From Okeania sp. (GTDB lineage: Bacteria > Cyanobacteriota > Cyanobacteriia > Cyanobacteriales > Microcoleaceae), in the NCBI RefSeq assembly GCF_035285525.1, contig NZ_JAYKGW010000215.1, positions 1 through 26,403 on the forward strand: DNA of 26,403 nt, read 5' to 3'. This document shows, one piece after another, positions 8,972-17,542 of the stretch (positions within the stretch are counted from its first letter, which is position 1; each line of letters opens with the position of its first letter). The notes under the pieces were generated by a model. It did no database searches and was not told the origin of the DNA. It worked only from the letters and a program-made list of their open reading frames with translations. The position numbers and the translations under genes were made by a program.

Positions 8972-10255
8972 ATGTCATTAAAAAAATCCGTGATATCCAA
9001 ATTTGTTCCTAACCTAGACAGACAAATTTTCACCCTAGCCTTATGTAGATTATTGTCTCAAATTGGTACTGGTTTTACATTATTTTATACATCAATTTTT
9101 TTTGTCAATCAAATTGGTTTATCTGCCACTTCAGTAGGTATTGCTTTAGGCAGTTCTCAAATTTCTGGAATCATTGGTCGCTTTCTTGGCGGTTCATTTT
9201 CTGACTCTGAAAAATTTGGTCGTCGGAAAACCTTATTATTATCATCCATTATTTCTGCATTAGCTTCAGTTTTTATCGCCACAGCTCATAATTTTCATAC
9301 TGTCATTATAGGTAAATTATTACTTGAATTAGGTATAGGATTATATTGGCCGGCAATTGAAGCAATAGTGGCAGACTTAACAACACCAACTGAACGCCAA
9401 CAAGCTTATGCTGTTGCAACATTAGCAGATAATATCGGCTTACAATTAGGAGTTATTGGTAGTGGAATAATAGTAAATTTTACAGGTGTTTATAGAGCAT
9501 TATTTATAGTTCATGCTATTTCATCCCTAATTTTTACAGCAGTTATATACTTATATATGAAGGAAAGTTATAAACCAAATTTGTCAGAGTTACGAACAGA
9601 TAAAAATAAAAGTATTAATGGTTGGTTGCAAGCCTTCAGCGATAAAAATCTAATAATTTTTGTAGTGGTAAATATCTTTTTTACTTTCTATATTTCTCAA
9701 ATTCACAGCACAATACCTTTATATTTAAGTAACTTTGTTTTAGTAAAATTTTCACCACTAATTATCAGCATTATGTTTACTGGATATACTGCCTTAACTG
9801 TTATATTTCAATTACCAGTAGCCAGAAAATTAAGCAATTTCAGTCATCCTCAAGCATTAATAATTTCAGCAATTTTATGGGGAACAGGATTTTTAGCTAT
9901 AGGCATTTCTAATACAGTAGAAATAGGTCATATTTTCTGGGTTATTTTCGCTTTAAGTTTACTGGCTATTGCCATTATTTCTTATACCCCTTCTGCTGCT
10001 GCTTTAGTTGCAGATTTTGCACCTAAGTCTTTGCGTGGTATTTATTTAGCAATTAATGCTCAATGTTGGGCAATTGGATTTTCAATCGGACCGCTATTAG
10101 GAGGATGGGTATTAGATAAAACAGAGATTATAGTTAGAAATTTTTGGTTAGGAATTGCCATAAGTGCAGGAATTATAATTATATTTTTGCAGCATCTTGA
10201 TAGAAGAATAATTAGTATCCCAGGAAAGAGGGAACAGAGAAGAAGGAATAGTTAA
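8972..10255 (+). CDS. MFS family transporter, substrate unknown
   Basis: The 427-aa profile is hydrophobic throughout, consistent with 12 TM helices. A motif-A-like GGSFSDSEKFGRRKTLL lies between TM2 and TM3. Confidence 0.85.
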   Translation: MSLKKSVISKFVPNLDRQIFTLALCRLLSQIGTGFTLFYTSIFFVNQIGLSATSVGIALGSSQISGIIGRFLGGSFSDSEKFGRRKTLLLSSIISALASVFIATAHNFHTVIIGKLLLELGIGLYWPAIEAIVADLTTPTERQQAYAVATLADNIGLQLGVIGSGIIVNFTGVYRALFIVHAISSLIFTAVIYLYMKESYKPNLSELRTDKNKSINGWLQAFSDKNLIIFVVVNIFFTFYISQIHSTIPLYLSNFVLVKFSPLIISIMFTGYTALTVIFQLPVARKLSNFSHPQALIISAILWGTGFLAIGISNTVEIGHIFWVIFALSLLAIAIISYTPSAAALVADFAPKSLRGIYLAINAQCWAIGFSIGPLLGGWVLDKTEIIVRNFWLGIAISAGIIIIFLQHLDRRIISIPGKREQRRRNS

Positions 10256-10603
10256 AAAAAATATTTCCTAGTGTTGTATTCATAATCAGTCTATGTTTTA
10301 GGCAATTCTTTCTTAGCTATAAAAAAGAATTGTAAATATTCAACTTTGAACCAATATATATCAACCAATAATCGAAATTATTTCAGAAATTAAATGAGTT
10401 GATTTTCACAGTAAATTTTATCTACTCTCCATTTTTTTGACTTCCTATTAATGAAGCTGATAGCTAATAGCTGATAACTAAATGCTTACTAAATTAGATT
10501 AAATTCACAAAATTTTTAAATTAATTAACATTTAATGAGACAATAGATCTTATAGGAAAAAACTCAATCCAACTCCAGTTATTTAGAATCTAGATTAAAG
10601 AAA

Positions 10604-11146
10604 ATGTTAAAAAAATTTTTGGCCTTATGTTTAGTAGTGATCGCCCTCACATTAACAAGTTGTGCTTCTTTAGGTGGTGGACTTCAAAGCTTTGTCGATA
10701 CAACCGATGGTTATGAGTTCCTTTATCCTAATGGTTGGCTCCAAGTAAAAGTTTCTGATGGCCCAGATGTAGTCTTCCATGACCTAATTGAGTCTACTGA
10801 GAATGTTAGTATAGTTATTAGTCCAGTACCTGAGGAAAAGACTTTGACTGACTTAGGTACTCCAACAGAAGTAGGATATAAACTAAGTAAAAATGCCATT
10901 GCACCAGAAGACTCAGGTCGAGAAGCAGAATTAGTCAATGCTGAAACACGAGATTATAAAGCTAAAACATATTATCAACTAGAATATGCTGTTAAATTTG
11001 ATGATGGAAGAGAACGTCATAATTTAGCAAGTGTAGCAGTTAGTCGGGGCAAACTTTTTACTATTAATATTTCTGCTACCGAACAGCGCTGGCAAAAAGT
11101 GCATGATAAGTTTAAGCAAGTTATTAATTCTTTCTTTGTTTATTAA
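10604..11146 (+). CDS. psbP: PsbP-like lipoprotein CyanoP
   Basis: This 180-aa ORF has a lipoprotein signal ending LTLTSC. It contains DGYEFLYPNGW, VVFHDLIESTENVSIVISPV, TPTEVGYKL and YYQLEY, all characteristic of cyanobacterial PsbP homologues. Confidence 0.88.
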   Translation: MLKKFLALCLVVIALTLTSCASLGGGLQSFVDTTDGYEFLYPNGWLQVKVSDGPDVVFHDLIESTENVSIVISPVPEEKTLTDLGTPTEVGYKLSKNAIAPEDSGREAELVNAETRDYKAKTYYQLEYAVKFDDGRERHNLASVAVSRGKLFTINISATEQRWQKVHDKFKQVINSFFVY

Positions 11147-11514
11147 AAGTAAGTATTTAGCCATTAACTAACAGTTATTCTTTTTGGTTAATGCTGACAA
11201 TTTTATCTTAGTCAAGACTAGAAATTTTCCAGATTGAAAATGTAAAAAAAATTCTTAGTAGATATAGTCTATAGTTCAATACAGTTCAGATAACACTAAA
11301 GTAAATATTCAATTATTAGCTGTCAGCTTTTCCTACGGAATGCTACGCAAACAATCATAAAAACCTCTAGCTTCTCAAAACCATGATTAATGGAAAAATT
11401 AGAATATTTCTAGGCTTATATTACCAGAAAAAATCTTTAAGTAAACTGTATTGAGTTCTCGACTTATCTACTTTGCTTCTTACTTCTTATTCTTCCTTAT
11501 TCCTACTTTTAAAT

Positions 11515-12129
11515 ATGGAAACTCCTAGCCTAATATTAGCTTCATCTTCGTCAGCAAGACTTCGCTTATTACAAACTGTTGGCTTTAACCCTATAGTTAT
11601 ACCTAGTAACTTTGATGAATCAATAGTTAAACTAACAAAACCAAAAAAATTAGTAGAAACATTAGCTCAAGCTAAAGCAGAAACAATAGCTAACTCCCTA
11701 ATCAAAAAAAACCTATCTGAAAGACCATCAAATTTAATTTTAGGATGTGATTCAGTATTAGTTATTGAAGATGAAATTTATGGTAAACCTGCTAATGCAA
11801 AAGAAGCGATCGCTCGTTGGCAAAAAATGCGTGGTCAAGTAGGTAAATTATATACAGGTCATGCTTTAATTGATTTATTTCAAAATAAAACTATCGTACT
11901 GTGTCGAATGACAAAAGTTCATTTTGCTCCCGTAAACGATCAAGAAATAGAAGCTTATGTTGCCACTAAAGAACCCCTTAAATGTGCTGGTTGTTTTGCC
12001 ATAGAAGGCAAAGGTGGTTTATTTATTGAAAAGATAGAAGGTTGTCATACAAATGTCATAGGTTTAAGCCTACCACTATTCCGAGTTATGCTCAATAATT
12101 TAGGATATCAAGTTAGTAATTTCTGGTAA
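11515..12129 (+). CDS. maf: Maf-like nucleoside triphosphate pyrophosphatase / septum formation protein
   Basis: It carries [26 protein letters not shown] and [31 protein letters not shown] prefer the first ATG (11515) over the TTG at 11473 given in the ORF track. Confidence 0.88.
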   Translation: METPSLILASSSSARLRLLQTVGFNPIVIPSNFDESIVKLTKPKKLVETLAQAKAETIANSLIKKNLSERPSNLILGCDSVLVIEDEIYGKPANAKEAIARWQKMRGQVGKLYTGHALIDLFQNKTIVLCRMTKVHFAPVNDQEIEAYVATKEPLKCAGCFAIEGKGGLFIEKIEGCHTNVIGLSLPLFRVMLNNLGYQVSNFW

Positions 12130-12274
12130 AATAAGGAAAATAAATTAGCCACTATAATTAATAAAAATCTTAAAAATATTTTACTTAAAATATTATCAAG
12201 AGAATAAAATTTATTGATTTTAACCTAAAACCTAATAATTTAAGGTACTTTATTTATTCTCCCTATAAAGTAAG

Positions 12275-12506
12275 TAGAGTTTACTAATTAAATATCGAAA
12301 TCTTTATAGGTAAAGCTTTTAGTATTTTTGGAGTCAAAAAAGTGCAAATTAGTTAGAAGAATAGCACCTTAATTTTTCTGCCTCGCGTTACCCAAAAATA
12401 CTCACTTTTCTAGCTCTATTAACTGAAAAGCTGGTACTTTTTCACAACCTAAAAACTCCAATACCTTTGTATGTAAACACTTTTATATCTAGATCAGCAA
12501 ACTATC
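12275..12506. mobile_element. MITE-like element, family A, with both imperfect terminal inverted repeats
   Basis: The left end is gagtttactaattaaatatcgaaatctttatag. The right end, reverse-complemented, is gatagtttgctgatctagatataaaagtgtttaca, roughly 70 percent matched by eye. The internal ctgaaaagctggtacttttt is the inverted form of the family motif aaaaagtaccagcttttcag. No ORF is present. Confidence 0.6.
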
Positions 12507-12761
12507 TCATTTTAGACTATTTCTGCGTCTCCGTGTCTCTAGTCCCCCAAGTTTTCCAGTCTCCCCGGTTCTGACAGTAAGACCTGAAAAACTTACCCTT
12601 GTAAATCATACTTCCCACACTCTGCTTTTTTTCAGCAAGCTCTAAGTGTTCCCTATTCCCTAAATTTCTACTATCCACAAAACTATACAATCTTACATTT
12701 TACCATAGTTCATAACATTATCACCAAAAAACTCGAAAATAAAATTTTTTCTTCAAAATCA

Positions 12762-12790
12762 TTGACATATTCTTATTTAAGAATTATTCT
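12762..12790 (+). promoter_or_regulatory. Candidate sigma-70-type promoter of the peroxiredoxin gene with an overlapping palindromic operator-like site
   Basis: TTGACA (12762-12767), a 17-nt spacer and TATTCT (12785-12790) lie 67 nt upstream of the ATG. The spacer holds the 7-2-7 palindrome ATTCTTA-tt-TAAGAAT (12769-12784). Its right arm forms a second palindrome AGAAT-t-ATTCT (12780-12790) that covers the -10 hexamer. Confidence 0.45.
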
Positions 12791-12856
12791 GAGTTATATC
12801 AGTAAAAACTGATAAAAATAAAATTTCAAATTTATTAAATTATCCAGAGGTAAGTT

Positions 12857-13426
12857 ATGGCTATTGAGCAAGTACCTGACGTAGTATTCAAAACTCGTGT
12901 CCGTGATGAATCTGTTGAAGGACCAAATCCCTTCCGTTGGCAAGACAAAACCACCCAAGAAATTTTTGGTGGTAAGCGTGTAGTATTATTTGCTTTACCT
13001 GGTGCTTTTACACCAACCTGCTCATCTACTCACTTACCTCGTTATGAAGAACTATATGATGAATTTAAAGCACAAGGAATAGATGAAATTATCTGTCTAT
13101 CAGTAAACGATGCTTTTGTGATGTTCAAATGGGGTCAACAACAAGGTGCTAAAAATGTATTCTTACTACCAGATGGTAATGGAGAGTTCTCTCGTAAAAT
13201 GGGAATGTTAGTAGATAAGTCCAATATTGGTTTTGGTATGCGTTCTTGGCGCTATGCAATGGTTGTTAATGACTGCAAAATCGAAAAGATGTTTGTTGAA
13301 CCAGGTTTTGCTGACAACTATGGAGATGATCCATTTGAAGTATCCGATGCCGATACAGTATTAGCTTACCTCAAGGGTGCAGAAGTACCTGCGGACAAAC
13401 CAGCTAGAGCAGAATTTGTAGGCTAA
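12857..13426 (+). CDS. Type II (Prx5-like) peroxiredoxin
   Basis: This 189-aa ORF has the peroxidatic-Cys motif LPGAFTPTCSSTHLP. It also carries ICLSVNDAFVMFKW and RSWRYAMVV, typical of the atypical 2-Cys/type II subfamily. SD-like AGAGG lies 7 nt upstream of the ATG. Confidence 0.9.
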   Translation: MAIEQVPDVVFKTRVRDESVEGPNPFRWQDKTTQEIFGGKRVVLFALPGAFTPTCSSTHLPRYEELYDEFKAQGIDEIICLSVNDAFVMFKWGQQQGAKNVFLLPDGNGEFSRKMGMLVDKSNIGFGMRSWRYAMVVNDCKIEKMFVEPGFADNYGDDPFEVSDADTVLAYLKGAEVPADKPARAEFVG

Positions 13427-13453
13427 TATTAGTCTCTATTGCGAAACTTAGAT

Positions 13454-13500
13454 TATAGCAGGACTTACACATATAGTGCCTCTACGTCAGTCCTGCTATA
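13454..13500 (+). terminator. Probable terminator hairpin of the peroxiredoxin gene
   Basis: A perfect 12-bp stem TATAGCAGGACT (13454-13465) / AGTCCTGCTATA (13489-13500) has a 23-nt loop and lies 28 nt after the stop. It is followed by an A/T-rich tail (aataatttatt) rather than a clean T-run. Confidence 0.5.
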
Positions 13501-13540
13501 AATAATTTATTATATAGTAATTATATAATTCTCAAGTTAA

Positions 13541-13677
13541 ATATATAGCAATCCTATTTTATTTGTGTATAAAAATCTTACCACTTTTCGGGAATGGGGA
13601 ATAAGCAATGGGCAATAAGTTTCGGAGTTTATTTAGAGTTTTTGATTTGTCACAACCTACTTAGGATTGCTATATAC
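13541..13677. mobile_element. MITE-like element, family B (perfect 14-bp terminal inverted repeats ATATAGCAATCCTA / TAGGATTGCTATAT)
   Basis: The inverted repeats at 13543-13556 and 13662-13675 were read directly. The element is about 135 bp and has no ORF. The same right end (GGATTGCTATA) recurs at 15279-15290 and 15613-15625. Confidence 0.65.
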
Positions 13678-13717
13678 TCCCCATCCGATTTTTTCGCCTC
13701 AACTTGATTAATATTAA

Positions 13718-13886
13718 GTAGGGTTTACTGATTAAATGTGAAAAAGTTGACAGATAAAAGTTTCATCTTTTTTACGACTTAAAAAAGTACCATATTTTCG
13801 CCCCTTTTGGCTGCTCAAGTGAGTATTTTGGTTATATTGGGATACCCAAGTCAAGGGATAATTTTTCCGATTTATCGGGAACCGTG
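13718..13886. mobile_element. Family-A repeat copy upstream of murI
   Basis: The left end is gtagggtttactgattaaatgtgaaaaagttgacagataaaag (13718-13760). It has the internal motif aaaaaagtaccatattttcg and the motif ccgatttatcgggaaccgtg (13867-13886), which is related to the ends at 15977-16003 and 22728-22753. The right border is uncertain. Confidence 0.4.
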
Positions 13887-14019
13887 TATGTCCTCTAAAA
13901 CTCCTTGTTCCTCTTGACTCTTTACTACTCCCTACTCCCTACCAAAAAATTTAATTAAATTTAGTAGACATAAATTACACTAAGGAATTGAATTATTGAT
14001 TTATGTCAACACCGAAATA

Positions 14020-14850
14020 ATGACTACTGAAACCAGACAAAAAAGAATAGGAATTTTTGACAGTGGGATAGGAGGGTTAACTGTTTTAAGAGAACTATAT
14101 AAACAGTTACCAAACGAATCTGTTCTTTACTTTGGTGATACAGCAAGATTACCTTATGGTACAAGAACTCAGGAAGAAATTTTACAATTTACAAATGAAA
14201 TTATCGGGTGGCTAGTCAAATGTGGAGTTAAAATGGTATTAATGGCCTGCAATACCAGTTCAGCTTTAGCTTTAGAAAAAGTCAAATCGAAATTTGATAT
14301 TCCTATTTTAGGTTTAATTGTACCTGGAGCTAATGCTGCAGTAAAACAAGGAAAAAGAATAGGTGTTATTGCTACCCCTGCAACTGCTGCTAGTAATGCC
14401 TATCGTCATGCTATCTTAGAAGCAGATCCTTCTGTTCAAGTTTGGCAAGTCGGTTGTCCCTATTTCGTACCATTAATAGAACAAAATCAGTTACATGATC
14501 CTTACACATATCAGATAGCAGAAGAATATTTGACGCCTTTAATACAGCAACAAATCGATACATTAGTTTATGGTTGTACTCACTATCCTTATTTAGAACC
14601 AATATTACGGTCAATATTACCTAAATCTGTAAATTTTGTAGACCCCGCAGTTTATTTAGTTGAAGTAGCTGCTAAAAAGTTAGAAATTATGAATTTACAA
14701 AACGACAAGACACCAAAACCAACAAAATTTATAGTTACTGCTTCCCCTGAAAAATTTGCTGATTTATCATTACAATGGTTAGGCTATAGACCAATAGAGT
14801 TACAAGAAATTTCTTTATCAGCTCTTTTAGACCAACCCATTTCTATTTAG
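14020..14850 (+). CDS. murI: Glutamate racemase
   Basis: It carries IGIFDSGIGGLTVLREL, YFGDTARLPYG, ACNTSSA and YGCTHYP, the two catalytic-Cys motifs. I prefer ATG 14020 over the TTG at 13996. Confidence 0.92.
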   Translation: MTTETRQKRIGIFDSGIGGLTVLRELYKQLPNESVLYFGDTARLPYGTRTQEEILQFTNEIIGWLVKCGVKMVLMACNTSSALALEKVKSKFDIPILGLIVPGANAAVKQGKRIGVIATPATAASNAYRHAILEADPSVQVWQVGCPYFVPLIEQNQLHDPYTYQIAEEYLTPLIQQQIDTLVYGCTHYPYLEPILRSILPKSVNFVDPAVYLVEVAAKKLEIMNLQNDKTPKPTKFIVTASPEKFADLSLQWLGYRPIELQEISLSALLDQPISI

Positions 14851-15192
14851 GGTTTGCTAAGGTGATAAGTGTGGGGAGGGTGAGAAGATAGAGATAGTCA
14901 GGGGAATAATTTTTCCTTGATTTTTGTAGGCTTGGCCTCCCTAATATCCTGACTTTTTGGTAGTTATATATGAAAAAGTTCCACTTTTTCGAGTCTTTAA
15001 AAAAGTCTTTTTGCGTTTGGTAGGGAGTAGGGAGTCAACCCACTCCTACAGCGCTTTTAAAATCGATAAACCACATCACCATAACCAAAATATTCTAGGG
15101 ACTTTGCATGAGGGAGTCCCTACTGTGGTTTACTAAAATGAAAACCGCTGTCACCCTTCCCAGAAGGGAAAGTCCATTTGAAAAGAAACTTT

Positions 15193-15256
15193 AGGGTTTT
15201 GGTCTCCAAATCTCTTATTATTATTAATTAATTGGGTTTGGAGACCAAACCCCTAC
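15193..15256. repeat. Imperfect ~20-bp inverted repeat built from two copies of the GGTTTGGAGACCAAACC core
   Basis: TAGGGTTTTGGTCTCCAAA (15193-15211) and GTTTGGAGACCAAACCCCTA (about 15236-15255) flank an AT-only loop, tctcttattattattaattaattgg. The right copy continues to a family-B end at 15279-15290. Confidence 0.7.
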
Positions 15257-15336
15257 GATCAAATCTTATAACTGATTTGGGATTGCTATATTTGCTGTAA
15301 TGTAAATTAGTTATAGAGTCGGGAATACCTTAATTG

Positions 15337-15456
15337 TCAACCTTTGTTTTTTGTGATTCTTGTAGCTCGTTGAGCTAATGCTAAAAGTACATAAACAGTC
15401 AATACATAAGCAGTTGCTAGAATAGGAATGATAAAAGGAATGTGATTATAATTCAT
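15337..15456 (-). CDS. Speculative 39-aa single-TM peptide (MNYNHIPFIIPILATAYVLTVYVLLALAQRATRITKNKG)
   Basis: I found this by hand translation; it is below the length cut-off of the ORF track. It runs from ATG to TGA, with one hydrophobic helix followed by a basic tail. There is no clear SD and I recognise no homologue. It sits between two repeat copies. Confidence 0.25.
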   Translation of the reverse strand: MNYNHIPFIIPILATAYVLTVYVLLALAQRATRITKNKG

Positions 15457-15499
15457 AGTTTAATTAAGTGATGAAGAGCGTTTTGAGAGAATTAATAAG

Positions 15500-15625
15500 T
15501 ATAGTAATTCTCAATGATTTGTGACCAAAAACTGTAGAGATTTGATTTCCAAATCCAATATATGCGCTTGGTTGAGAAACCAAAATCCTACAATAAAATA
15601 TTACAATTTATCTAGGATTGCTATA
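15500..15625. mobile_element. MITE-like element, family B/C (left end TATAGTAATTC, internal hairpins, right end TAGGATTGCTATA)
   Basis: The body caatgatttgtgaccaaaaactgtagagatttgatttccaaatcc...ttggttgagaaaccaaaatcctacaataa is collinear with 16201-16288. The ends resemble the inverted repeats of 13541-13677. Confidence 0.55.
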
Positions 15626-16200
15626 ACTAAAATAACTTGCATTTAGGTATTACTATCAATTAAATAAAATCTAAATACAGAAGTTATTTTGACTTTATTT
15701 TTAGAGTTGAAAAATTTATTTATTCAAAAAAAATTCAACTTTCATCTGGAGAGAATTTGCTGTTCAATACAGTTCCGTTTGTAGATATTTTTATTTATGT
15801 CAGTTCAAATGTATTTACCCTGACGGAGTTCCCCTCTACTTGGGTACTCTCTAAAATTAGTATCTGGAGAATTTAGGTTTGACTTGAAGTAAGCATTTCC
15901 TGGGTCATGCTACGCAAACAGCCGTTAGCTATCAGCTATCAGCTATTACTTTGAGTTTTTGATCAAAGCTTTATTATTACGGTTCCCGATCAATCAGAAA
16001 TTTTATCTGAATACAAAAGCTAGTTTTTAAGTATATACTTGTTTAAGTCTCGCCCTTAAAGTTGAGGTCTTTATTGCTGAATTGCGCAGTTACTCCCCAG
16101 GAGGCTAGCTGAAAGCCAATAGCTGAATGCTTACGACTTTAAACTATTACTAATTACCAACTATTGCCGATAACAATAACTACTAATACTATAGCGACGT

Positions 16201-16288
16201 CAAACGATTTGTGACAAAAAAAACTGTAGAGATTTGATTTTCAAATCCGATTTACACGATTGGTTTGGAGACCAAACCCCTACAATAA
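16201..16288. repeat. Partial family B/C copy containing GGTTTGGAGACCAAACCCCTAC
   Basis: caaacgatttgtgacaaaaaaaactgtagagatttgattttcaaatccgatttacacgattggtttggagaccaaacccctacaataa aligns by eye with 15512-15596. The right terminal repeat is missing. Confidence 0.5.
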
Positions 16289-17301
16289 GTCAAGTCATAA
16301 TTGTAGTAAATATAACCCTGAAATAGATCGATTTTAAGTATATAAATATTACTCAAAAAAAATACTTAGAGAATTAGGTATTTTTAATATGAACGAATGA
16401 TTAAATACTATAAATTTAAAAGTCTTTTCTAGCTACCATATTCCTTTTTTCTAATTGTATAAGCTGAAAATCAGGTTTTTTTACCTAATAATCCCTAAGC
16501 TTTAGAAAAGTAAGTTAGCTCTACTTCTGCAATTAAATTATCTGCAAATATACCTCGCTCATATTATGCAGTTTTCAACTTACAACGGATTCTAAATAAA
16601 TGACGTACAAATATTAATGTTCAAATCTTTGTCGCACAAACATCTTGTATATCATATTTGTACTATAATTTTACTTTTATGAATCCCCTATATGTTTATT
16701 ATCATCATACATCTAATCACTAATTCATACAACATATTGTGTACAACTTTTTCTAACCGACAATATTTAGGAAGTTTCGAGAACCAGACTTTCCGTGCTT
16801 AGACCCAGAAACGCTGATTATTCCGTAGAAAGTTCCAGATTGCGTTACAATCTAAACAAATATTAAAAGCCTGAAACTACATCTTGATTAAATAATCGTA
16901 TTGGGCTGAATAGTATATATCCCATTTTCAAGGTTCTTAAATATTTGTCCCAATAGATTAGATGGCTAGAGTAGATATTAACTCTTTTAATTCAAGTATA
17001 AATATAGTATCTTTTATTATCTCTCTTGAATTATTTTAACTACTAAAAGTTAACACTGCTATGTTAACACAATTCACTCTATTTGTATAGGAGATTTGGG
17101 ACTTTGCTTAACAATTAGACACAATCTCAATCACGAGACTGGTATAAATTTATATTTTTTTTTAAAAAAGATTTTATTTGGCTGTCAATATTTGTAACTC
17201 TCCTCTATTAAGGAGAGTTAGCTTAGAATAAGAATATAATATGTAAAATTTTGTTAACTTGTAGCTTTACTAGCTAATCTATGACCAACAAATAAGGTCT
17301 C

Positions 17302-17444
17302 AAGCCTCTCCCTTTTAAGGGTAAGGAAATAAAAAGCGGTCGTTTTGCGCTCCGCAAAGCTCCGCTTTATATCTCTGTCGCGCAGCGAAACGGCTACGCC
17401 GACATGAAAAGCGGAACTTCCCGTAGGGTGGCATGGAGAGGTTT
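17302..17444. repeat. GC-richer composite hairpin element flanked by AAGCCTCTCC / GGAGAGGTTT
   Basis: The flanks at 17302-17311 and 17435-17444 are 9/10 complementary. Inside is a two-tier hairpin AAAGCGG-tcg-[TTTGCG-ctc-CGCAAA]-gct-CCGCTTT and the palindrome CCCTT-tt-AAGGG. It looks like the small dispersed repeats common in Nostocales rather than a unique RNA gene. Confidence 0.4.
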
Positions 17445-17510
17445 CTTTCCCATATCCAATCGACCAAGAGAAACAAACTTCAGTATTTCCAACTTCTGAC
17501 TTAGGGTCAG

Positions 17511-17542
17511 AACTAATAACTGATAACTGATAAATAACTGAT
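17511..17542. repeat. ATAACTG heptamer array ending directly at the sds start codon
   Basis: aactaataactgataactgataaataactgat is followed immediately by ATG 17543. Confidence 0.9.

Noticed and set aside
10723-10938. 71-aa ORF on the minus strand
   Set aside because: It is antisense within the CyanoP CDS, so it is a shadow frame.
11473-11514. TTG start for maf (the TTG start at 13996 for murI is a similar case)
   Set aside because: The extensions are low-complexity ([13 protein letters not shown]) or add non-conserved residues. In-frame ATGs at 11515 and 14020 sit just before the conserved N-terminal motifs.
14411-14614. 67-aa ORF on the minus strand
   Set aside because: It is antisense within murI, so it is a shadow frame.
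16300-17280. AT-rich gene-free kilobase considered as a replication origin
   Set aside because: I found no clusters of cyanobacterial DnaA boxes (TTTTCCACA or its complement), and no dnaA or dnaN is nearby. The only near-match (ATTTCCACA) is a single site at about 6917-6925 upstream of rpsO.
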